IMG/VR virus record: IMGVR_UViG_3300010158_000045
Location: 25,398 to 89,397 of that record
DNA: 64,000 nucleotides
Reading direction: 5' to 3' (one strand)
Source: a virus
The translations under genes were made by a program, and so were the position numbers. Below, one piece after another: positions 38,283-46,674 of the stretch; the first letter of the stretch is position 1, and each line of letters starts with the position of its first letter. The notes under the pieces were generated by a model. The model did no database searches. It saw only the letters and a list, made by a program, of their open reading frames with translations, and was not told where the DNA came from.

Positions 38283-39851
38283 TTATTCCTTTGGTACACA
38301 GTTAGGCACTGTGCGTCCGCCTTTCTTTTTAGTTCCTACTGGCTTGTAACCATCCCAGCAAGGATTTGAATTTTTTAATGTTCGTTTCTTAGCGTTGGCT
38401 TCTTTGATAGGATTTTGATTGTGCTTTTTTAAATCGTTATCAAATTGTTTGATAGTGGCTTTATTGATACCTTTGAAACGTTTGTCACCTCGAGCATAGT
38501 CTCCTTCTGCATCGGCTTTCTTAGCATCTGCGTAGGCGGCTTTTTTATATTTGCCCAATGTGTCTGTACTTAGTTCGCTTAGACTTAAATGCCCCCCGTC
38601 TGGTGCGTTACTTTGTGCCCCAGGACCGTTGTGTAGATGAGCATGAGATAAGTTATCTTCCGGCAAAGCTCTAAGTGCATCTTTTATCAAATCGTTTAAT
38701 GTATGGAATGCCGCAGTAGTGATGCCTACACCTGCCAGTGTTTTAACCCATTCTCTAATAGGCCCTACCAACTGTGCTCCTGATCTTGCAACATTTGCAC
38801 CAAAGAACGTTACTACTTTTTCAATAATTCTGCATATTTTTTTAATTCTAGATAGATTAGCAACAACTTCTGCTCCAAGTCCTATCGGCCCGCCCATGGC
38901 TCCTGCAAGTGCTCCTGCCCCGACTATGCCTAAATCAAATGCAACTTCCATTGGTGTGTATGGAATATCTGGATGAATTCTTTTCTCCCACCATCCTGCA
39001 TCTTGGCCTTGATCATCTATATTGCCATTAGCCGCATGAATTGCTCCCCCACCTACTACAGTAGCAGATCCTTTTGGATTTGATTTAACTATGTTGGCCG
39101 CGCCTTTAGCAATGTCAATGGGATTAACTTCATTCAATTTACTTTCTTTCATCAATACACGTTCAGCAATAGTCTGCGCATACTGTTTGTAGAAGTTTTG
39201 TTTTTTAACTTGTTGTTCTTGTACAGCCTGCTCTGCTTGGTCAAAATATTTACGAACAACGCTTTCACGACCTACACGAGCTGGACGCTCTTGCTGACAG
39301 TTATCTTCTTTTTGATAGTGTTGCATGGCCATTTGTACTGGCAACGATACTTTATGCGGACTACCTTCCATCAATAAATTAACATTGTTTTTATCTACAA
39401 TTGATAAAAACTTACTTAGATCATTTTCTTGTACTGTTGTAGCAGGTGTTACGTAACGAACATTGTTGTTGTAACCTGCCGCTTGATCAGCGGCCTTTAC
39501 TGCTTGGTTCTTTGCGTAAGTTTGCTCCCAACGTTCAGCATTGCCGCCGGCAAGTTGATCGTAACGTGCTTGTAACTTAGCTATTTCTGCAGGATCGATG
39601 CCTTTGGCTTTGGCATCTTGAATTTGATTACGAACAGCGACCCACTCAGCGGCATTTGGGTGTTGAATATCCGCCAGTTCATCGGGTGTATATGTAGGAG
39701 TGCCGTCTGCCTGTGTATCTTGTCTCGGATCGGGCATCTGATTAAGATCTGCTTCGCTAACAACACGAAGGAATCGAGCCATGTCATTGGCGCCTACTAC
39801 AGGTTTAGTAGCAACTCCATCCATCGCCTGTAGTATGCGCTTCATTTCCAT
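38283..39851 (-). CDS. Mosaic putative internal head protein
   Basis: 522 aa; modules separated by xxE sites; central Gly-rich hydrophobic hairpin; C-terminal CWDGYKPVGTKKKGGRTVPNCVP. Confidence 0.6.
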   Translation of the reverse strand: MEMKRILQAMDGVATKPVVGANDMARFLRVVSEADLNQMPDPRQDTQADGTPTYTPDELADIQHPNAAEWVAVRNQIQDAKAKGIDPAEIAKLQARYDQLAGGNAERWEQTYAKNQAVKAADQAAGYNNNVRYVTPATTVQENDLSKFLSIVDKNNVNLLMEGSPHKVSLPVQMAMQHYQKEDNCQQERPARVGRESVVRKYFDQAEQAVQEQQVKKQNFYKQYAQTIAERVLMKESKLNEVNPIDIAKGAANIVKSNPKGSATVVGGGAIHAANGNIDDQGQDAGWWEKRIHPDIPYTPMEVAFDLGIVGAGALAGAMGGPIGLGAEVVANLSRIKKICRIIEKVVTFFGANVARSGAQLVGPIREWVKTLAGVGITTAAFHTLNDLIKDALRALPEDNLSHAHLHNGPGAQSNAPDGGHLSLSELSTDTLGKYKKAAYADAKKADAEGDYARGDKRFKGINKATIKQFDNDLKKHNQNPIKEANAKKRTLKNSNPCWDGYKPVGTKKKGGRTVPNCVPKE

Positions 39852-39855
39852 GGGA

Positions 39856-41460
39856 TTAACCGTTTAGACGTTGCATCAACTCTTTCATGCGATTGAATTC
39901 AGTTGACTCTTTTACAGTTTCTTTTTTCTTACCAGCACGTAATGCGGCCAAGTCTGATTTCTCAATCTTACCATCATGATCTGCATCAATCTTTTCTTGA
40001 TTGCCTGGCAAGTCTTTAGTTGCGGCTTTCTTTTCTGCCATGTAAGCAACAGTTTCTTTCATGTTTTTCCACATAGCGGCAGCGGCAATCTTCTCACCTT
40101 TCTCACCGCCACCAGCACTCTTGGCTACTTTGTCAAAACTCTTGCCTGGCTTGCCAATGTCTTTGCCTGCTTTAGCATCTTTAACTACAGCACTCTTCTT
40201 AGCTTTGCTTAGACCTGCGCTTGGTTTACCCTCGTCAACTTTCTTTTCAGGCTCGCCTAATTTTTTACGTAGCATTTTATTCAAATGACCTTTTGGATGA
40301 GGCTTTGATTTACTACCAGCCGGCTCTTCTCTATCGCCGTCGTATTGAGATTTATCAAACGGTGTTGGCTTTGCGGCTTCTTTAACTTTCTTCTTGCCAC
40401 CTTCTTCGTCTTTACCAAGACGTCCAGCAATAACATCACCGCGTGTTACTTTGTCATATGGTTTAGCGTTGTTAGCCAAGTTACCATCATTCTTCTTTTT
40501 AGCTTCGTACATGCCAAGACCTAAACTTTCGTCAACGTCTTTTTCTTTAGGACGGTTGTCGAACTTTTCGCCGTTCTTCATGCCATAAGTTGGTTTGTCA
40601 TGCTTTGGCAATTTGATATCGTTGCCCTTTTCAGCTTTTTTAGTTTCAGCATCTTTGGCCTTGGCATGAGTTTTAATACCCTTGCCTGACTTTTCTTCAG
40701 CTTCGCCATCGTCATGATAGCTGGTATTGGAGTGCTTCATGCCAGTATCAGTCTTGGTAGCTATACCTGTGCGTGTTTTGAAAGTATCGCCAGTCTTGCT
40801 TTTGTCTGTGAATTCTTCGTCCACTGACTCTTCATCATCTGGAACACCGTTGTGATTAGCATCTAAACGCTTGTGAGCGGCTTTAGTAGCTTTAACTAAA
40901 GTCTTATACTTGTCTACTTTGCTTTGAACATGCGCTGGAACTGGTTTTGGATCTTCGTAAACCATTCCTGTACCGCCACATTCCATACAAGGCTTTTGAC
41001 CACCGCCAATCATGCCTTCGTCCATCTTGTGATCGTGCTTGCCCTTCATCTTTTCAGCTTGTGACTTTTTCAAGTCTTTCATTTTATCTTTAGCTTCAGA
41101 TAACATTTCTTTTAGTCGCATTTTTTGTCCTTCGCTTAATGTATCGCTGTTGTCTAAATGATGTCCATACTCGCTGAACTTCATTTCGTACTCTAAATAA
41201 TGATAGACGCTGGCGATATAATCAGCGGCTTTAGTAATCTTAGCTTGCACCCAGCCTTCTAATTGATCTTCGTCCTGGATTTGTTGGAACAACTTGTGGC
41301 TATAATTGGCTAATTTGTACAAATCAGCTTTGGCCATAGCACCTTCGCGGTCTGCTTCGCCGTTGTGTAAGCCTACAACATCACTGCCCATTTCAGGTGC
41401 TGATGTGTCTGTTGGTTCTGCCCCCATATCTGGGTTCATTTGATCTAATTCTGATGGCAT
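39856..41460 (-). CDS. Highly charged (K/E/D) putative internal head protein
   Basis: 534 aa; LEGWVQAKITKAADY domain, CxxCGGTG, DxDxDG-type loops; TAAATA upstream. Confidence 0.6.
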   Translation of the reverse strand: MPSELDQMNPDMGAEPTDTSAPEMGSDVVGLHNGEADREGAMAKADLYKLANYSHKLFQQIQDEDQLEGWVQAKITKAADYIASVYHYLEYEMKFSEYGHHLDNSDTLSEGQKMRLKEMLSEAKDKMKDLKKSQAEKMKGKHDHKMDEGMIGGGQKPCMECGGTGMVYEDPKPVPAHVQSKVDKYKTLVKATKAAHKRLDANHNGVPDDEESVDEEFTDKSKTGDTFKTRTGIATKTDTGMKHSNTSYHDDGEAEEKSGKGIKTHAKAKDAETKKAEKGNDIKLPKHDKPTYGMKNGEKFDNRPKEKDVDESLGLGMYEAKKKNDGNLANNAKPYDKVTRGDVIAGRLGKDEEGGKKKVKEAAKPTPFDKSQYDGDREEPAGSKSKPHPKGHLNKMLRKKLGEPEKKVDEGKPSAGLSKAKKSAVVKDAKAGKDIGKPGKSFDKVAKSAGGGEKGEKIAAAAMWKNMKETVAYMAEKKAATKDLPGNQEKIDADHDGKIEKSDLAALRAGKKKETVKESTEFNRMKELMQRLNG

Positions 41461-41486
41461 GAGTATACTCCGTTATCTTTATATAT

Positions 41487-41972
41487 TTAGCGTCTTTTGA
41501 TGATAGGCGCCTTGATATTCTCCATAGGCCCGCCGAACAAACTTACTTCATCTTGATCAAGTGCGCTAACACTTTTTACTTTTTTCTTGCTATGTGCTTG
41601 TGTAGGGTTGGGCAATGTGGCTATATTACCGGATGTAGTAGTTGATATTGCATCAGACTCTGATATATCTTTTGTTTCTCCGTATGGATGCACTACAACC
41701 CACTTGCCGCCTTGATTTTGCACCCACTTTTTAGGGTCAAACTTGCTACGAATAATATTGTGTACCTTCAGTGCTTGCTCCGGTGTATCTCTGTATCCTT
41801 GCGCACGAGCTTCTTGTTCAACACGGTTAGAAATCATAGCTTGATGAACTCTATCGTTTTTGTAAATATACAACAGATTAGACTCGTCGCTCATATCTCT
41901 TTCACGTCGACCAAATCCTGTGCGGTTATTATGATAACTGTTGTAGCTTTCGTCTAATTCATGTATTTTCAT
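41487..41972 (-). CDS. Hypothetical protein (putative head-packaged)
   Basis: MKIHELDE N-terminus. Confidence 0.6.
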   Translation of the reverse strand: MKIHELDESYNSYHNNRTGFGRRERDMSDESNLLYIYKNDRVHQAMISNRVEQEARAQGYRDTPEQALKVHNIIRSKFDPKKWVQNQGGKWVVVHPYGETKDISESDAISTTTSGNIATLPNPTQAHSKKKVKSVSALDQDEVSLFGGPMENIKAPIIKRR

Positions 41973-41975
41973 AAT

Positions 41976-42230
41976 TTATTTTCCAAACCAATGTTTAAAC
42001 CACGCATCTGTGCCTGGTTTGATATCTTGTTCTCTAGCAACTCGCCCTTTGTCGCTGCCTTGCACCTGTGGTAACTGCAAATTATTATAATTGGCTAGGG
42101 CTTCTGCACTGCCTAACCCGCCCATCATACTGACAGCTTTTAACGCATGTACAGGATCATCCGGCGCAAGATAGCAATCTTCATCGCTTGATGGATTTAC
42201 ATCTTGACTAGTTATCCTGTACTGTTTCAT
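41976..42230 (-). CDS. Hypothetical protein
   Basis: MKQYRITS...IKPGTDAWFKHWF; ATGA overlap with dps. Confidence 0.55.
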   Translation of the reverse strand: MKQYRITSQDVNPSSDEDCYLAPDDPVHALKAVSMMGGLGSAEALANYNNLQLPQVQGSDKGRVAREQDIKPGTDAWFKHWFGK

Positions 42231-42664
42231 TTCAAACTGGATCTCAACATCCAACTGTGTTTCTTGTGCTGATCCTGACGGTCAGCTAGGAAATTACTTA
42301 GTCCATGATCGCCGTGTGCTTCGGCCATATCGAATGTAATACGAAATATATTGGCCATCTTATCGCTATCTTCTAATAGTTCGCCTAGCATACCGCTCCA
42401 ATCGGGGACTGCATTTTCATCTTTCACTTGAGTGAGCATGCTAAATTTGCTATAACTGGCAGGTGCATAAACCTGTAATGCTCGCAGTTCTTCTGCAAAT
42501 TGATCAATAGCACCATACACTTCATCGTATATTCTTTCAAACAACAAATGATGCTGATAGAACAACGGGCCTTCGGTATTCCAATGAAAGTTTTGAGCTT
42601 TCAACGCAAATGCATACTCGCTGGCAAATGCTGTTTTCAATGCTAAGTGGTATTTCTCGTCCAT
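42227..42664 (-). CDS. dps: Dps/ferritin-like DNA-protection protein
   Basis: KAQNFHWNTEG..F...HLLFERIY, DQFAEELR, HKKHSWMLRS; start MDEKY at 42664. Confidence 0.9.
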   Translation of the reverse strand: MDEKYHLALKTAFASEYAFALKAQNFHWNTEGPLFYQHHLLFERIYDEVYGAIDQFAEELRALQVYAPASYSKFSMLTQVKDENAVPDWSGMLGELLEDSDKMANIFRITFDMAEAHGDHGLSNFLADRQDQHKKHSWMLRSSLK

Positions 42665-42665
42665 A

Positions 42666-43061
42666 TTAAATTCCGTATTTGTTTCGTTTGATATTGGCCA
42701 CTGTACTGACTTTGTCGGTTCCGGCAGATTCTTCGCTTTTATTATTGGCAATGCGTGTGCCTTTTACGCCCATTAATTTATCTGCCAATTTGACTACTTC
42801 TTCATCCTCTGGACTAAATCCAACAATGGTTAAATTTTCTGCCCATGGACTTTCTTGTTCAAATGACACATGACCAGCCGCATCAGCACGGGCCGCCGCA
42901 ACAGCTAGTCCATAGCGATATTGCATATATGGATCGGTATTTCGCAATTGACGTTGTACCCATACACCTGGCAGTGCCGCATCCACATCTTTGCTCAAAC
43001 TGGCAAACTTACCGTGTGACTTGGCACTGGCACTTTCAGGTAAAAATTCTTTTGCTCGCAT
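42666..43061 (-). CDS. Hypothetical protein paralogous to the C-terminal domain of the upstream gene
   Basis: MRAKEFLPE...YRYGLAVA...SEE...KRNKYGI. Confidence 0.65.
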   Translation of the reverse strand: MRAKEFLPESASAKSHGKFASLSKDVDAALPGVWVQRQLRNTDPYMQYRYGLAVAAARADAAGHVSFEQESPWAENLTIVGFSPEDEEVVKLADKLMGVKGTRIANNKSEESAGTDKVSTVANIKRNKYGI

Positions 43062-43062
43062 A

Positions 43063-44358
43063 TTATATACCGTACTTGTTCTTTTTAGGCTTGGCAACTG
43101 CGCTGGCTTTGTTAACGTCTGCCATCTCTTCGCTACGTTTACCACTCCAGTTTTCTATAGTTCCAGCACCTACTTGCAAAGCGGCAGCTTTGACCATTTC
43201 ATATTCTTCTTCAGTGTAGCTGGAAATCAGCGGGTCTCCTCCGATCCAATTATCAGCTGCCATCTTTGTCGGGTAGTCCGGAGCACCGGCCAGCGCAATA
43301 CCCATGCGATAATTTTTATACATGCTGCCAGTTGCCATGTTCAAGCCTGGTATTGTGGACGTATTTTTCATGGCTGTTTTTTTCTCAACATCTATGGGTT
43401 TTGTTCCGCCCTTGCCCACTGACCCTTCTTTTACAAACTGATGTGCTCGCATTTCTCTTATTATCTTGTTAGCATATTTAATCGAATTTTCTTTGTACAT
43501 CTGCTGTTGTTTAATCCATTGCTCCAACGAAGCATATTCACTAGAACTAAATTGTGGTTGTACACCTTTGCTGTTGGCATCTTTTATACGTTGTAGATAC
43601 ATTCTTATATGCGGAGGCGGAAGAGCATCGGATAGTTCTTTATCTCTAGCAACTGCGGCTCTTACATCTGCCAAGCTAGTACTTGGTTTTTTGACCACTT
43701 TAGGTGCTTGTTTTGCCAGTAGTGACATTAATCCTTCTGCCGCTGGCTCTATAACCGGTTTTTCTTTCTTAACTTTCTTAACTTTTTCTGGATGCTGTCC
43801 TACTGCGGCAACTACTGTGTCGTAATAGTGTTGACCGTTTACTGCTAAATCTGGATTGGTGCCAGCGGCTTGATAAAACGCCTTCATATCTCCCGCACGA
43901 GCGGCAGTGCGTAATGCAGTGGCACTACTTACACGGGGACTTTCTACGTGTATGATTTTAGCAAAATTAAAATAACCATGAGTACTTTCTTTGCCATTGT
44001 ATTGATGCAGTAGTTTGCCTGCCCATGCCCAATCTTGACTATCTGTAACATAGGCAATGGTAGCGCCATCGCCTACTTGTTGATATATCTTAGCGGCTAA
44101 TGTAACAACACTTTGTTCGCCTAGAATGTGTCCTTTGATTTGAGGATCAATAGCAGTCATCCATGCTGTTTTTAAATCGTATGGCAATGGATCATTAGGA
44201 CCAATAGTTCCGGGATTAGTTCCAATAAACCATTTGTGACCAGCATGTTTAACGGCATTCCATACTTCCATGTGTCCTTGATGTGGAGGATTAAAGCGAC
44301 CAAAGCAAAATGCCGCAGTAGCTTTATGATGCGCTTCGAATAACTGTCTTAATTTCAC
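43063..44358 (-). CDS. Cytidylyltransferase-like (HIGH) nucleotidyltransferase fused to an extra domain
   Basis: FGRFNPPHQGH, NDPL, SSATALR; C-terminal domain ends KKNKYGI. Confidence 0.75.
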   Translation of the reverse strand: MKLRQLFEAHHKATAAFCFGRFNPPHQGHMEVWNAVKHAGHKWFIGTNPGTIGPNDPLPYDLKTAWMTAIDPQIKGHILGEQSVVTLAAKIYQQVGDGATIAYVTDSQDWAWAGKLLHQYNGKESTHGYFNFAKIIHVESPRVSSATALRTAARAGDMKAFYQAAGTNPDLAVNGQHYYDTVVAAVGQHPEKVKKVKKEKPVIEPAAEGLMSLLAKQAPKVVKKPSTSLADVRAAVARDKELSDALPPPHIRMYLQRIKDANSKGVQPQFSSSEYASLEQWIKQQQMYKENSIKYANKIIREMRAHQFVKEGSVGKGGTKPIDVEKKTAMKNTSTIPGLNMATGSMYKNYRMGIALAGAPDYPTKMAADNWIGGDPLISSYTEEEYEMVKAAALQVGAGTIENWSGKRSEEMADVNKASAVAKPKKNKYGI

Positions 44359-45599
44359 TGTGGTGCCTCCGGTGCTGTAACTGGCTTTTTACCAGGAGCC
44401 CATGTTGTAGGAACAATTTTAATGTTGCCGTACTTATGACCTTTTTGTGCATAGCGTACATGACCTTCGCCGTGTGTATCCCAAATTTCTTTGCGTGGTT
44501 GTTGTTTGATGGCGGCATCCACAGTATCTTTCATGTTGCGTATGCCTTTGATTAAAAATAGTATAGCATCTAATCCGCCAGGATGTGCCTGTATCATGTC
44601 AATGATATGCTGAATCTTTTTAGGACTTTTACCTTTACTGGTCATCCAGTTGGTAAATGTTGCGCCTGAGATAGTACCGAAGTCTTGCTCTGCATTAGCG
44701 TGTTTGTTGCTCATGTCATTGAAGAAAGGATAAAATATTCCATTCTTATCAGCATCAGGCAAACTATTTAAGAAACCATCTATGACTGCGGCATGTTTAT
44801 TTGTGTATTCGATCATACCATCTACTGCGCTAATGTCCGCGGCAGGTGCGGCATCTGTATAGATAGGCCCTTGTACAATAAGTCCCGGTGTGCCATTAAA
44901 TTCTTCAAAACTATCTTTAGGCTGTTGTGAACGATCGTCTGCACCAAACGATGGAAATGTTGCATGCCCTACAACCATGACCTTGGCCTGTGTAATACGT
45001 TGTCCTAGTTCACTACCAGCGTCTACATGATATGTTGTATTGCTTAATGGGTTGGGGCTAAATTCCCAAACACCCTGTGGATACTCTGCGGTCTTGGGCG
45101 CAAGACGTTTATTAAGAGCAGGATCTACACCAAACAATGCATCTGCATACACAAATCCTACAAAGTTTTTAGGAGTTGCGGCATCAAATAGCGGATATAA
45201 ATTACTAAAGTTAGTGGCAAACTGTTGACGCTTTTGTTGCTCTTCAGGAGTTTTGGCATTACCACTTTGATTGGCAATAAAATCGTACACACCTTCGGCA
45301 CTGTCGCTCTTAACACCGCGTCCCCATTGGTTGTGTCCAGCAAGTATCAAAGGCCCGCCTTTCTTTTCACGTCCCCAATATACTTGTGGATTGCCATCCC
45401 ACTTGCGTCTGACGGTAGTTTGTCCAGCTTTTTCGCTAGCAATTTCTTTAAAGTGGTTAAGTGCTTCTAGCGTACCATTAACACCTTTGAAAAATACTAA
45501 ATGCTCTGGATGATTAAAAGGTCTGCCGTACTTTTCCATGCTGTCGTCATTAACAGCAATAGCTTTGCCTTCATAATAGAACATTTCTCTTAACAGCAC
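44355..45599 (-). CDS. T4-like phage protein with ligase-like KxDG motif
   Basis: HPEHL, KWDGNP, ADALF, PN..TY, GEGHV, KIV: order resembles covalent nucleotidyltransferase motifs. Confidence 0.55.
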   Translation of the reverse strand: MLLREMFYYEGKAIAVNDDSMEKYGRPFNHPEHLVFFKGVNGTLEALNHFKEIASEKAGQTTVRRKWDGNPQVYWGREKKGGPLILAGHNQWGRGVKSDSAEGVYDFIANQSGNAKTPEEQQKRQQFATNFSNLYPLFDAATPKNFVGFVYADALFGVDPALNKRLAPKTAEYPQGVWEFSPNPLSNTTYHVDAGSELGQRITQAKVMVVGHATFPSFGADDRSQQPKDSFEEFNGTPGLIVQGPIYTDAAPAADISAVDGMIEYTNKHAAVIDGFLNSLPDADKNGIFYPFFNDMSNKHANAEQDFGTISGATFTNWMTSKGKSPKKIQHIIDMIQAHPGGLDAILFLIKGIRNMKDTVDAAIKQQPRKEIWDTHGEGHVRYAQKGHKYGNIKIVPTTWAPGKKPVTAPEAPQ

Positions 45600-45601
45600 G
45601 A

Positions 45602-45967
45602 TTAATCCTTATACTTGCCGTTAGATAGGTGTTCTTTGGTGTCTTCTAACATTTTTTTGCAAATATCATTGCAAAGTTTTTCGTCTAACTGTGGGGGTAG
45701 CTCGCGGATAGGAAATTTTTTCACATAGGCGTGATAACTGTTTTCTACTGCTGGGCGAAATACTTTACTGCTTATTTCACCTTTTTTATCAATACAACGG
45801 GTTAGGCTTGGAAATACATGACGACGATATACATCATCATCGTTGTGCATGAAGTGTATTAAGTCTTCGGCAAGATCAAAGTTTAATTCTCTACCACCAC
45901 CTTCTACAGGTTTGATAAACTTCATATCGTCGAAGTATTTGCCCTCTAATAGTTCATTTATACGCAT
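45602..45967 (-). CDS. Hypothetical protein (putative head-packaged)
   Basis: MRINELLE N-terminus; TAAATA upstream. Confidence 0.6.
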   Translation of the reverse strand: MRINELLEGKYFDDMKFIKPVEGGGRELNFDLAEDLIHFMHNDDDVYRRHVFPSLTRCIDKKGEISSKVFRPAVENSYHAYVKKFPIRELPPQLDEKLCNDICKKMLEDTKEHLSNGKYKD

Positions 45968-46035
45968 TTTTAAGCCCAAATTATTAAATCAGCAGAAATC
46001 TCTGCGGTTAGAGTATTTATCGCTTTTGCAGGGCT

Positions 46036-46674
46036 TTAGTTTTTAATGATACGCTCTACTTTGCTAATACTACCGCCCAAATGCATACGGGCCATAAGCA
46101 AATTGTTGTCCCCAGTGACGTAAAAATGTGTGCCACCCCAACTGCGCGGCTTGTGCAGATCTTTAACACAACTCTTTGTTAGTTTAAGTTTTTTGTTAGA
46201 TTCTGCCCACTCCACAAATGCACCATGCTCTTGGGTAGTTTTACCTAGGGTAATACGAAAATCATAATTCATTTTGGGCATAATTACAGTGCCCGAATCT
46301 AGCGTAGTATTATCCGGCGGCTTACTAATGTATTTCACATGATCCGTGCTAATCTTGGCTAATTTATTAATATCCACCAGCTTATTACTGTAGATACTGA
46401 GCCATGGACTTTCTACCCTGATGTCTATATCCGACATTTTAGATAATACTTTTTGCAATTGAAAAGCATAGTCTAAGTCTTCTTGATTACTGATACCACC
46501 GTGCCTGTAACCAAATTGATTTGGCTTAGGCTGATGTGGTATTGTAATTTCCAATAAGTTTTTATATACAGTATCTAGATCACTGTGCCTAAATAGGCTC
46601 GATCCGGCACATGTCAGCACAATTTTGTACTGATATATGCCGTTGAATAGTTTTTTAGTTACCTTGTACTGCAT
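46036..46674 (-). CDS. Hypothetical protein
   Basis: 212 aa ORF overlapping the end of clpA. Confidence 0.6.
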   Translation of the reverse strand: MQYKVTKKLFNGIYQYKIVLTCAGSSLFRHSDLDTVYKNLLEITIPHQPKPNQFGYRHGGISNQEDLDYAFQLQKVLSKMSDIDIRVESPWLSIYSNKLVDINKLAKISTDHVKYISKPPDNTTLDSGTVIMPKMNYDFRITLGKTTQEHGAFVEWAESNKKLKLTKSCVKDLHKPRSWGGTHFYVTGDNNLLMARMHLGGSISKVERIIKN

